Positions 40,310-52,778 of a stretch of DNA of 64,000 nt are shown one piece after another. The notes below the pieces were generated by a model. It was not told the DNA's origin. It made no database searches and was given only the letters and a program-made list of their open reading frames with translations. Numbering within the stretch: the first letter of the stretch is position 1; the number at the start of each line of letters is the position of its first letter. Origin of the DNA: Takakia lepidozioides (lineage: Eukaryota > Plantae > Bryophyta). The stretch is from positions 28,272,001 through 28,336,000 of the forward strand of contig CM060732.1 in assembly GCA_030704615.1 (NCBI GenBank), written 5' to 3'. Made by a program: the position numbers and the translations under genes.

Positions 40310-41850
40310 GATTGTACTCATAAGACGTTGTTTGCCGTAGCCTTGTGGCCATTGACCCCGCGCCCAGTTTGAGCGGGAACAAAAGGAACAGAACCTACCT
40401 CTGTCAGGGGCTGACGTTGGTAGTAAGACTTACCTTCATATAAAGAATTAATCCGGGTTTTCCAGATATCCTCTAGAAATCCCTTCACACGAGCATCAAT
40501 GTGTTGTGTGTGATTTGCCCAAAAACTAGGCCTCAGGAGGGCCTGGGCTTTTGGCTCAGCCTCGAGACTTTCAAAGTTGGTAAACAGGGGTACAGGCACA
40601 ATTCCCTTGATAGAATTGAAGAGAACGTCTCTTTGGTGAGAGAACCCCGGACAATGTATCAGAAAATGAATATTGTCTTCAGATTGCCCACACAACGGGC
40701 AATTGCACTCTCCATTTCCTCTCTGCTTCGGTTTGTTGTTCAAAGGTAGGCTTCCTGTCCTGAGTTTAAATTTCAGTCTAGTCCCAAGAGTGGGTAGACC
40801 CTTGAGGTCATCCAAGATGTCGTCCCCCATGTCACTGACTGGAAACAATTTCAGGGAAGTTTTCTACCTAACTTCATTTTCATCAGACAATCTCATGGCA
40901 ACAGACATGGCTTTGGACATTACAGCCTCTAAGTTAGATTTATCCAGCAGGGTCAAGACTTGCGGATCCAGGTCCAGGTCCTTGAGAATCTCTTCTACTC
41001 TCTTCTACCAGGACTTAGCCTGTTTGACAGGGTGGTCCTGTTTCCAAGATATAGAGTCGATTAACTTAGGATATATGATCTTGGGCATATGTTGCAGCTG
41101 ACCCCACCATTTAACCTTGAATTCATCTCGTCGGGAGTTTAAGGACGGAATGCCAAACTCACCCCGAACAGCCACATTGGCTGTTTTGGAGCATGCTGAC
41201 ATACACTCCTTAAGCACCCCCACTTGAATGGATTCTAGAGACTTAGCCTGGTTGGAGTTATCAACCCATATAGCAGATCCGTACTCCAAGGCAGGTCTAA
41301 TAACGCAACAAAGCATGGTTTTCTTAACCTCAGAGTTGACCCCTCTCTAGTGGAAAAATTTAGTGAGCCCCAGAGCTTTGCCCTTGCCAGTTTGAACAAC
41401 TTTCCGGATATGTGCATCCCAATTACAATTGGAGGAAAACTGAACTCCCAGGTAAGTGTAGGGTTTAGGGTGGACCGGGATCTCTTGGCTACCCCACTGC
41501 CACTTAAGATCACTTCCTCCCTCTCCTCTGTCGTTGAATGCTACCACTGTACATTTGCTGACATTAGCCTCTAGCCCCCAAAGATCAAAGTATCTCTTCG
41601 CGCAATCAATCAACTCCTAGAGATTGGTTGGAGTCTCTCCTATACCTGCGAAGTCATCCGCAAACATAAGGGCTGGTATGGTGGTATCACCCACCCTTAA
41701 CCCTAAATCCCTCACTTTCCACATCCTCGAGGAGTTGATTGATGAAAACATTGAAGAGCCGAGGGGAGAGAGTACATCCTTGAGCTACACCTTGGTCTAT
41801 GTCAAAGAAGTTGGACTTCTGTCCGTTAACAGTGTCACAGCTATGTGAAC
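40310..41850 (-). mobile_element. LINE family A, 3' half of ORF2 (RT to zinc knuckle)
   Basis: DQGVAQGC.LSP.LF, MFADD, YTYLGVQF, IRPALEYGSAIW, KLRTGSLPL..CPLC...EDNIHFLIHCP; stops and frameshifts present. Confidence 0.92.
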
Positions 41851-44136
41851 TAAGGGTGAGAGAGGGAGAGAGATAGAGACAGAGACAGAAGGGGTCTTAG
41901 GGATCCCTTCCTTGGTTGGGGTGGATGTCCTTAAGGGCCGCTTGGAAGGAGTCATGCGAACGACGATCTTCTCAGCACTCTGGTCTTCCTCCTCGTCTGT
42001 GCTCTCGCTCTCTGCTGAGTAGTCAGCACTAGGAGTCGCTCCACTATCCTCCCCTGGGTTGGTATCCAAGTCGCTGGACTCCTTCTACGCCACCCCCATG
42101 TGAACATGACTCCTCTCCCTCAAACGAGTACTCCTTCGCACTGGGCCGTTCCACACATAGCGGGCAGTACGCGGGGGTCTTTCTTTCTCTCTACTCTCCC
42201 ACAATCGCCCGGGTCACTCACAACAAAATGCCCTCACAAGCCCAGGAAGCTCAAAAAGCGAAGCACACACACTTAGTACGCTCGCGTGAGAGACATGAGG
42301 TTGTCCAAGTGCCGGATTGCATCCGACCTTTGTAAATGGAAAAGGTAGTGCCCCTGTAATGGTTACTTCTTACTTTCCGAGTGGTAAAGTAGCAGTACTG
42401 CATGTAATTTGGACTTCACATTAATAACTTGTGGAGTGGTAAAAGGTAGTATCCATGATGCTCAGGAAGTTGTTGACATCAATTGAGAGGCTAATAATGC
42501 ACTAAATGAGTTGTTTGAACCACTGAGGAGGGACTGTCATGCATCACAGCCACTTTAGACATGGAAGTATATAGTGCTCATAAATGAATCTGATTTGTAT
42601 AGGACTGCAATCTATCGGAATGTTCCTGAAATGGTGTTGTAGTGTGAATGTAGGGGAGTGACATTACATTTTGTTTTACCGTTAAGACCCTGCATCACTA
42701 CAACGGGAGTACCCGGGTACAACTGCAGGAGGGATATATCCCTGCATACAGGTAATTTCATGGGCATATTGTGCTTATGCTTTGCCAGGATAAAAATGGC
42801 TAAGTCATGACCATGCGTATTTTCATCCGTAGGATGAACGTTTTCATCCCAGGTGTTTAACCTAGAAACGCGGGTTGAGGAAAACGAAGAGGAAGATGAC
42901 GGGCAACTCTTAGCAGCTGCTGCGAGCAGTGGGGTTGGCAGGGCAGTCTGTTTTTGGGAGGTTGTACCTACGCTATGGGACTCTGCTTGGTTTAGAGAGC
43001 GGCATTAAGTGCTTCTGCTTGGTATTTTGTGTAAAGGGAAGCGGTGCCGCTTTTCTCGTAGTGATGATCAATTCCTGGAGTAGGAGCATGTAAGAAGAGC
43101 GGCGCACCACCACTGTCGCCATTGCCTTGAAGAAAACAGTTATGGGCAGATGAGCAAGCAAGGAAAACGGCCAGCTGCCGGAAGCACAAGGAAGTGAGTT
43201 GTGGGCACAATCAATGGAGGGGATGAGGCATGTGAAGTGCTGGCTGGATGGCAACTCAAGTTATCTGTAATCAAAGCTTATAGTTGCTTTTGTGTCTTCT
43301 TACTATAGGACCATGTCAATTCTTAGGGAAGAATTGCACGCATAGAAGGATAGAGTATTTAGTTGGCAAGCCACAGGATGTTCCATAGGATGAAGAGGAG
43401 CCATCATGGCATGATAAATACTGGAATCAAGACAAGGAGAATAGATTAAAGTGGCTGCTGACAGGCGATGGTGAGGTGCCATCTTGGCAGGCAGATCCAC
43501 CGCTTCGCTGGAGGATAAAACAGATAAGTTCGTAGACTGTGGGCTTCGGTTTTTGGGGGGTGGTGACTTAGAAATCGTTTTGGTGTGGATTTAGGACTGG
43601 CTCTTTGTAGAGGAGAAGGAGGTAGAGATATGTGATGGAGGAAAAAGGTTTTGGAAATGGAATGGAGACTCTGGACTTCAAACCAGGATAGGGAAAGGAT
43701 GGATGCACCTGATGTTATAGTGTCAGTAGGAGAAATGGGTGGGGGGAGAGACTGCTTGTCACTGAATCAAAATGGTCACTGTTTGTCTTCATTCTTGTTC
43801 TTTGTTTCAGTGTTATGAACCTGCACACAATGCTGCCCTGGGTATTGATACACTGGAACCAATGTAGACCTAGCTTGGCTGATTGAAAACACTAGTGAGG
43901 GTTAGTTAGAACTGTTGAAAACAGAGAAAGGATAATGTGGATGGGGAAGCAACACCGACACTGATTTGGTTTTGGAACTGATTTCCAGTATGGTCTCAGG
44001 GTATGAACAACTGAGGTTCACAGTTGAAGGGAAAAGAGGGCTGTTGGGGTATTTGGTTGAAACCTGTAGAAAGGCTGAGAGCTGTTTGGGCAATGGCTTC
44101 TTTTGGAAAAGGTAGTGTGAAGGGTTGGACATTGGC

Positions 44137-44138
<2 letters not shown>

Positions 44139-44187
<49 letters not shown>

Positions 44188-44325
44188 ATGAATGGGATGG
44201 TTATGCCTTGTGTGACCAAGGATGATTTCAAGGCTGGGAGCACTGGATGCCTGGCTGAGTTGTGCATTGCATTCCATGGTAGATATGCTGATGTTGAAGA
44301 AGTGAGGAACCTGTAGACCAAGATT

Positions 44326-44352
<27 letters not shown>
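44139..44352. repeat. (GA)n microsatellites
   Basis: GA runs at ~44139-44184 and ~44326-44352. Confidence 0.9.
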
Positions 44353-44357
<5 letters not shown>

Positions 44358-46789
44358 ACTTGGGAAGGGAGAGAGTTGCTCAGTAAAAGGGGTTGATGGG
44401 GGATGGCCAATTTGGGGAGATGAGATGAAGAAAACATGAACCCTGAAAGAGACCAGTGGCCCTGCAGTTCATGGCAGATCTGAGCTGCCTCCCTCTAAAT
44501 CTGTGTCGCCATTACAAAGGGGGCTTCCGCAAGTGCGCAATGGAGCTCATAGTGTGGTTCATTGCACTAGTCGTCAATGACAAAAGTGCTTGCTTTGTCT
44601 GCACTGAAGACAACGTTTGCCACCACATTCTCGTGCGCGGGATTGGAGTTACCACCTGCTTGGGCGCTTGTTGCTGGACCTGGCGAGGCCCCGGTTGTTG
44701 AAATGGGGGAAGGCGGAACACGTTGCGCTTGACCTGCGGAGGTGCTGCTTGCACATATGGGGGATAAAGGCACGGGATCCCCGGACATCGTGGCGGATGT
44801 GGACACCATCCCTACCTCCTGTGATGCGGCGGCCTTCTTCCGAAGTTTCCCACCCTTCCTTGGAGGTCTGCTCTCCGTGCTCTGTTGCGAGACAACGGTG
44901 CGAGTGCGCAGCACCTTGCTGCGAGTGGCCGTTCCGAGGACGAAGTCATCCTCCTCATCCTGAACGTGCTCCATCGGCAGGAGACGAAGCTCGGCAGCGG
45001 AACACGAAGGCGGACATTTGGTAAGAGCAAAAAAGGGAGTGTGCCAGCGGATACTGTGGAGTAAAGGAAAAGGGCGCAATAATCCTCCATGGCCCTCAAC
45101 GGATTCCTTCAAAAAATCTCCCGTGGTTGGGAGACACGTGCCCTCTCCCATCACGGTTTAAGTGCTCCACGCGAGGTACCGCTCATTGTGTCCAAGTTTA
45201 AATTTTGTTTACTAATGGATGGTACCATCCCATCAAATGTCATCCATCCATCATCCGCCATAACTTTTCATCCCTACACGTACTCCATAGCCTCGAAACT
45301 TAATTTGTATATTCAGATATTCCTCTGTTTATTGTACAAATGTTGTACTATTTGTCTCTCATCGTCTCGTAAACAACCACTTTTGGATTTCCGTTAACAT
45401 ATTTGTATCCTATTGGCGATAATTGAGTGCGGCCACTTATTGGACAATCGGGTCCGCGAGCATCTAGGCCACACCCACCGATTTGGGTCTCATGGACTCC
45501 ATAGTCGGCGCCGATTATGTGGGTGCGAATTTAATTTGCTGGCGCTTAGCATACAAGGTAATGGTTCTCAAATGCTACAGTGGCAGTGTTCAGTACAATG
45601 GGCCCCCACTAGAGCCTACCTACCCCTTCCGTAATCCACCAACACTCCCAACCCGAAACGCCATGGCGAGTTGTGCATTATGAGAAGGAAGGATGCACAT
45701 TCCACAAAGTTCGCACACAATAAGGTTTTTATTCATATGTATGCATTTCAAATGAAGCACGCATACTATACTGAGGGTGATTACCCTGCCAAAGCATTTT
45801 CCCTTGTAAATACAACTTACGAAGTCAACGACACTTCGACTTGCCTAAACACAAGCTCATGAACCATCGGGCTTCTCCACGTAAAAAGGATTGCAGCCGT
45901 TCTTCGGCCCCTGTTGATCTTCACCACAATGTCGCGCCCTTCAATGGAACCACCATCAAATATGGAAAGTTTAACTGTGGAGCCGGAGTGCCCGTGCATT
46001 TCGTCCTCCAATCCAATGCGAATGTCCCCATACGATGGGGAGGAGGACCGTACACTTGTAGGAGTATACGTGACACCGATGGACTCCACCCATGTCCACT
46101 GGCAGCAGTTCCACCGCCAAAGCATAGCGCTGCGCATTCTCTCCGGCTGCCGGCCGTAGATGGGCAAATTAGAATCAAGGATGTGCAAGAGCCATGGATT
46201 GGACAAACCAAGATCGTCACCCCTCTTGAAAGCATATTGCCCTCACAAATACTCAAAAGCAGACAATGTTTCGCGCTCGACCCCACTGTCGTCAATGCAA
46301 ACTGTGTGCCAAATAACGATGTCCCCCGGTGTGGCAGTATAGATTGCATGATCCACGCCTCCGTAAGGGCGCTCGTCATGGTTCCGGAAGCAAGGCATCG
46401 TTGGAAACGAGGCCGGAAGGATGAGCCTGATGTCGAAGAGAATGAGACGTTAGAGACAACAACAAAGCCCTTTCAAATTCCCCGTGGTTAGAACCACTCG
46501 CCACTGCGGGCTGCAATAATGGATGCAGTGGGTCCCACTTATCCACCTGTCATCCCCGTACGTCTACATGAGGCCACCGACGGAAGGAAAGGAGGCTTCT
46601 CATTCCCATCCCCCTGCCAACACCTCCATTCATTTTAAACAGTATCCCGGCTTCAAATTACTCCGAAAAACCAACGTTATGTCATTCCTTCACGGACAGT
46701 GCGTATGGGATAGCGATAATCCCATCGGTTGTCCATGCATTTTGTAACTTTGCATGCCACACATTGCTCCTTTCATACCGAAACACATG

Positions 46790-47853
46790 TAGTCGTCACC
46801 GACTACATGTCAATGTAATTGACTGATTCCGTATGGATTTCAAAAGGGGTGAACACGTAGCACTCTCTCCAACTATTGAAATTGAAGGTCGGTAACGACT
46901 CGAGCACAAAAGGTAATGCCCACTTCCGCAATTGGGCGAATGAGGTCATGGAATTTATGGAATTTAACATATTCAATGGGTTTTGCACTCTTTTCTACGG
47001 CAACAGTAAAGGTCGGTGCCGACTAAAAGTATATGAGATCGTGGAATTTGCGGTCTTCATCAAATTATATGGAAATTGATCTCTTTCGAAGGGCTAACAG
47101 TGAAGGTCGGTGCCGACTACATGTGCACATCCTCTCATTGAAACGTGGTAGATGGGATACTGTAGGCAAATCCCAAAGTTCTTAAGCCCAACAGTGAAGC
47201 TATATGCTGAGTAATAGCATAAGACCACCTTCGAACACTCGGATTTGGCATATTATGGGCTCATTCCAATGGACCAACGGCCATGAGTGATGGTCGGTGC
47301 CGATTATAAGCATATGAGGTCAAGGAAACAACGGAATTGGTCATACAATAGGAAAATTGAACTGATGGAGGGGCTTTCTATGGAGGTCGGTGCCGACTAA
47401 AGGTACATGGGTCCATGGATACGACGACAATGATGGCATATTAAGAGAATACACGATTCCTCCGCAACGAGTACATCCCAATTATCCAATGGCTCTCATG
47501 ATTGCACGGGATAGTCGGTGCCGACTTCCGTTGGCGGATGCACGCATGGAGACATGGCTTCACTGAAGTTGGTGCCGATTATGACCCAATGCGGCCCCAT
47601 AAGCCACCAACACTGTGGGTTTATTTCTTATATGAGTGTAATCGTTGCCGACTTTGACAAGAGGAGGCAGATGTGCGCTCCGACCACGACGACCTCATAC
47701 CCGTGAAACTGCCTTATTGTCCAACATTTGCAGTGAATATCCTACGGTTTCCTTGAAGTCCTCAACGACTTGAAGCACTGCATTTCTTTTGGTATTCCAA
47801 TCCGGTGCCTTAGCAAGATCTCTATTTGGAATTGGAAGAAGTCGGTGCCGACC
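46790..47853. repeat. Array of ~10 GTCGGTGCCGAC-type palindromes with ~94-bp periodicity, upstream of GCM-MULE copy 1
   Basis: Copies at 46790, 46887, 47011, 47105, 47292, 47385, 47512, 47567, 47640 and 47840; an isolated copy at ~45502. Confidence 0.85.
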
Positions 47854-48513
47854 ATAGTTTCAATAGAACCCGTCGCGGAGAATGTGAGGGTATATGATAA
47901 TGAAGACGTCTTCATTTTAAGTGTATTGCCTCACATTCTGTTTGTATTCGTAAACTTTATTCTCCTTCCGCAAAGGTAATGCGATGGAAAACATTTGTAT
48001 GGCGGCGGGAAAGTGGCCGATAGGGTGTGCTCGTGTACTTGAGATCCGCGCCGACCGTTGCCACCACAATCGCGAATGGATGGAGATGGATGGAAAATAG
48101 TATTAATCACACCAGCAGTGATCTCCTCCTCTTCAACAACCAAAGAGAATGTGTCGATACAAAATCTGCCCCGAATTACTTTGTCCTTTAAAAAGACATG
48201 TTGTCCCTCCGCCATCACCTTGATGTCGTCCGTGCCAGGTGGGCAATTCACCAGCACAAAGGGATCCATGATCGCCTGCTTCAGTACTTCGCCACAGTGC
48301 TATCGAACACGCGCAGGTGTGGTACAGTGGAAAAATGCGTGTGGACACGGACACCCCAATCCTACGAGAAGCAGCAAGCATGCATGGAATCTACGCAACG
48401 GACTAACGAACTGTACTATCAACGGTCACAAATTTTATAAACCAGCACATCATACCGCATTTTGGATCCAATTCGAGATAATGACCGCAAATCGTGGGTT
48501 TTGCCTTTTACAG

Positions 48514-50437
48514 GTTAAGTGCGATATAGAGTGTTTGGTGTCCCTGCTACTTTGGATAGGAATTCCACGACACGTGAACCTACAACTGTTGATTCTGTTC
48601 CTCAGGCCCGACAACTGAAAACGGAAAGCATTGAGCTATCTAGTGGGGAGTCAGAGGATTGTGTCGTTCTCAAATCGAGAAGTGGAAGGGTGGAACCCAA
48701 TTTGGCTACATCTGCCTCACCCCCCAAGAAGTTGCCGCACCCCGACTTTGTTGGCAAGAAGGCCACTTATGGACACTTCGGCCCATCCATATTGGATATC
48801 CTTAAGCTTCTCCATCTTGATTCCAAATCCCACTTGGGGAAGATAAACTTTGAAGAAGTAGAAGTGAAGCAGGTGAAGTGCTTGCCAAGGATTGTTGATG
48901 GTGATGTCGTGTATGAGCTCCACCGACATCAAACACATCCCCAGCAGGTTGACCAGCTCGAAGGCATGGACCGCAAGTACGACGGCAATCCATGGGCCAC
49001 CACGAATACAACGAACTTAAAGCTTCCTATAATTGGCACAAAAGGCGGCGCAGTCAGGTGAGGTGGTATTTTGTTCCTTCTCACTGTCCATTGTGCAGTT
49101 GTAGTCGTGGCCGACTTCCATACTGCAATTTTTGCACTTTGTGCACTGACTTCAAATGTCATTGTAGGTATGTACACTGTGTTGGTGCGTTGAGATGTGT
49201 CCGAGGAACGTGCCCATTCTTCCTCAGGGAGGGCAGCCACAATGAGATTCATTGGATGGGGCATTACGATGGTCAGTTTAAACCGCAAAGCCAGGTGCCC
49301 CCGAACACCTTCCTATGTTCTCATTGCAACCATCCACCTACATGCATGCACACCTGCCGTGCCAAAATGTTCTACGTGATAGGACCACCAACGATGACCA
49401 GAGCAGCCGTGCATGTTGGTATTCATTCACATCCATCTGCACCTGGAGCATGCCGAGAAGCTGCTGCCAAAGCCAAATCTGCACTTGCTGAAGAAATCCA
49501 TAGGTCACCGTCTGCCAGGCCAAAATCGGTCCAAATGTCTGCTGCTCAGTCCATTGCCATGGAGAAGGTGTTATCGCCAGGTGCAACCGAGAGATGGAAG
49601 CTCGATGACGAGCAGTTCGAGGAGCTCATGGAGGAGGTCGGTACCGTGGGCAAATGTGGTGTTCGTTACGAGACAAAGAAGACAAAAGCACAAATGGGGC
49701 TTGGGAGTGAAGTAGAAGCTTTACTAACAATGAAAAAGTGGAGCGGGTACGACTATTTCCATGGGAGCCGCTTCCCAGGCCAAGGGAGTGTGGATGAGAG
49801 ATGTTTCATATTCAAGATGTCAACTGTTGGAAAGGGCTATGGGGTCCATCTGGTGGACATGATGCGTCTGGGGGGGGAGCTGGGAAGGAGCTGGATTATG
49901 TTCGACAACGTGAAGCGGATACACGGATGGAGTACAATGGCTTGTCAAGTGTACCATCCGAATTTTCGGAAGCTCATGACGATCGCAATTTGCGAAATGA
50001 AATGTGAGGATACAGAATCACAGAAGATCACGTGGGAATCCATCAATGAACAGATGTTGCGAGCAGGGAAGGGGCAACCGCAATTTTGGGGATTCATGGC
50101 CGACAATGCAAATGCAAACTGGGCTGCTGTTCGCGAAGTGTATGGAGGCGGGGAACCCATGCCCGATCGTGAGAGAACATGTGGGTTCCACTGGGGTCAA
50201 AGCCTCTAGAAGTGGACCAAAAAATACATCTCCGAAAACCTCCAACATGCACATGTACAGCTTTGTACGAAGTGGAGAGCAGCAAATACTGAAGCGGAAG
50301 CGGAGGTTTCATTTCTGGCCATCCGAGCTTGGTGATCGTCTTCTGGTGCCACTCGAGATGAAGATGTTCCCGCGTTGGAGAGATGGCTGTCGTGGTGGAC
50401 ATACCGTTACTATCAACTTGGGGCATATGTTCGCAAT
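48514..50437 (+). mobile_element. Mutator-like (MULE) transposase with GCM-type zinc domain, copy 1 (disabled)
   Basis: GMDRKYDGNPW.. intron 49058-49167 ..C-x5-C-x4-C...CSHC...C...GIHSHP; IMFDNVK (D1), FMADNA (D2), CGFHW (CxxH); stops at 50207 and ~50333; GTAAGC donor at 50438; the exon carrying the catalytic E was not found. Confidence 0.8.
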
Positions 50438-50520
50438 GTAAGCATTCAATTGTTGCATGCAATATCTTCGTATGCCCAGTTATTTCGGGTTATGCTCACG
50501 TGAGCAAAATTCAAACTTTC

Positions 50521-51031
50521 ATAGTTTGTACCGACTATTACAGTTCCATCGAGAACTTTGTTTATTCTACTTGAAAAAGAATCCGTGAGCGGATGTATAT
50601 CTGCTCACATGAGCGAAACCTTGCTTTCATAGTCGCTCCGGTGACATGAAGCAGAGCACATATGAGGGGACCTTATTCCATTGTAGTCTACACCGACTAT
50701 AGCGTTGCAATGGCACTGTTTTACCTTATAGTCTGCACCGACTATGACATTAGATTTTAACATTGATCCTTAATGTGAATATATTTTCTCTAATCACATG
50801 AGGTTTGGCTCACTGCAGCAGAACACCGAAGATAGCGTAGGCCACTACTGACCACAGCTTATAGTCTGCACCGACTATAACATAACATGTAGCACAAATT
50901 ATTCCTCCAACCGCCGACCTCGGTTGGAATGCCACTATTGTGGATTATAGTCTGCACCGACTATAACATAGCGTCCCATCTGGGCAGCTCACTTCAGTAG
51001 AACATTCCCTTTATAGTCAGCACTGACTATA
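50521..51031. repeat. Array of 6 palindromes (TTATAGTCTGCACCGACTATAA type) in the transposase intron
   Basis: Copies at 50521, 50683, 50727, 50859, 50945 and 51011, with dissimilar spacers. Confidence 0.85.
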
Positions 51032-51154
51032 CCGTAAGACATGGCATTATTGTGGAAATCTAGGCTGTCATTATCAGCTGCAAGGCAAGGAAGTATGCAT
51101 GATTTGTGCAGAAGCAGTGATAGCTGAAAGAGCAGGGATAGAGTATGGGTCCAG

Positions 51155-51967
51155 ATTCATCCAAGAGGGCCAGATTTCAAGCACATGATTACCTATGATT
51201 ACCTGTGGATTTAGCTATAAGAAACCTGCATGGTAGATGGTGAATTGGAAGCCGCAGGAGTAGCGGCACAATTGATAAAATCAGGCACTGCTAATAAAGG
51301 CACCTTCTTCAACACATTTCACCCTGTTTTTCCCTCTTATCAGAACCGGCCCTAAATTTCAATGTCTGCAAGTTAGCTGGTTGAGTGAATCTAGTTTGGA
51401 GTGACTTTGACATGATATTGCCAATGTGACAACATGAAAAATTCGAAAAACAGTTAACGGAGATGAGGGGAAGTTGTGGAATGAATACTTTTCTGACCCC
51501 AGTCAATGGTGGGACAACCGAGGCAAAAAGGTAAATGCCTGTTGGATTACAGAGAGTAGCAGATGCAATTGAGAATAGGAACTAGTGTGGTAAGTTGAGT
51601 TGGGTGTTTGCTGGAACAAATGTAGGCTATCATTGTCAGCTGCTAACAGCAATGCAAGGATATATGCATGATCTGTGCAGAGGCATGGATAGTTGAAGGA
51701 GCAGGGATAGAGTGTGGGTCCAGATCATCCAAGAAAGCCGGATTTCAAGCTCCAGATTACCGATGATTCCCTGTGGAAGGATAGCTACAAGAAACCTGCA
51801 TGGGTAGATGGTCATGGGTATATGGTAGATAGTTTGGAGTGACTTTGACATGATACTGCCAAAGTGACAATAAAAAAGTATCCATAAACAGGTAACAGAG
51901 ATGAGGAGAAGCTGTGGAATGAACTTTTCTGACCCCAGTCAATGGTGGGACAACAGAGGCAAAAAAG
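51155..51967 (+). pseudogene. OSB: Captured fragment of an OSB-like (organellar ssDNA-binding) gene with tandem PDF motifs and introns
   Basis: cag|IHPRGPDFKHMITYDYLW..YKKPAW (51155-51240); KLWNEYFSDPSQWWDNRGKK|gtaaat (51461-51530); HPRKPDFKLQIT.DSLWKDSYKKPAWV (51724-51810); KLWNE.FSDPSQWWDNRGKK (51900-51967). Confidence 0.8.
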
Positions 51968-52159
51968 TGAATGCCTGTAAGATTACAAGAGAGGTAAATT
52001 CAGACCCTGCAAACATTTGTATTTCGTATTTTTTAAGAGGATGGTTTGCGATCCCAAACATGACAACTTCGTTCACCAGGCCACTCTGAGTTTCAACGAG
52101 GTCGATACTTTATTGCAACGGGATACAACACATAGGTAGCATCAACTATGCCATGTGGT

Positions 52160-52778
52160 ATATGGACGATCATGTTATGAAATGTGCAATTTGCAACATT
52201 GTCATAGAAATTCAATTCAAATCAATTCGTTTGCAACATCGTTGGCGGTGCAATGATATGGCGTCCCTTATCCCTCCATTATCCTTCCAACTATACTGAG
52301 TGAGCTCTGAGTGGCAACTTTTAAAAGCACATTCATCATTGCACCGTTCGAAGTGTACATGTCTTCTTGTCGCTATGCACTGCAACCATCTTTTGAAGAT
52401 GATCCTAACTCTCATTGTTATTTGGGGAGGGAGCAAGGTCTTCCTGTTGCAGCCTCTATGGCGCACACTTTGTGAGGATATTTCAAACCCTTGTAATTAT
52501 AAAAGTGAAACAAACATTTGTAATTGCACAATGTTGGATGCTGCAATTGTAGGCCTCATGGTAGTCTTTATTGTATTCAGCCAAGGATTCCCTTTATTAT
52601 TCCCACAGTCATAGGACCATCCTCGGTTATAGGCGGCGCATGTTCATGTTGACGTGGCACATGACAGCGCAGGGCCACGTCAGCATTTGCCGCCACATCA
52701 GCCTGCTTACATCACGCTCACGCCACGTCACTCTTGCATGAGGATACGTTCGCACGCTCACGCCATTGCGTCGTTGCA
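52160..52778. repeat. Left arm of a long inverted repeat pairing with 63368-64000; rich in GCCACGTCA motifs, likely TE terminal sequence
   Basis: Its reverse complement aligns along its length with 63368-64000. Confidence 0.85.

Larger units (their letters stand above)
36043..43063 (-). mobile_element. Second CACTA element (TnpA-like gene only) with a nested LINE; right end uncertain
   Basis: Left TIR CACTAGAAGAAAAACG at 36043, followed by ACCACTC/GAGTGGT subterminal repeats (36060-36950). The same GAGTGGTAAA motif recurs at 42380-42450. Candidate right TIRs end at 42644 or 43063 (CGCTTTTCTCGTAGTG); no exact 3-bp TSD. Confidence 0.6.
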
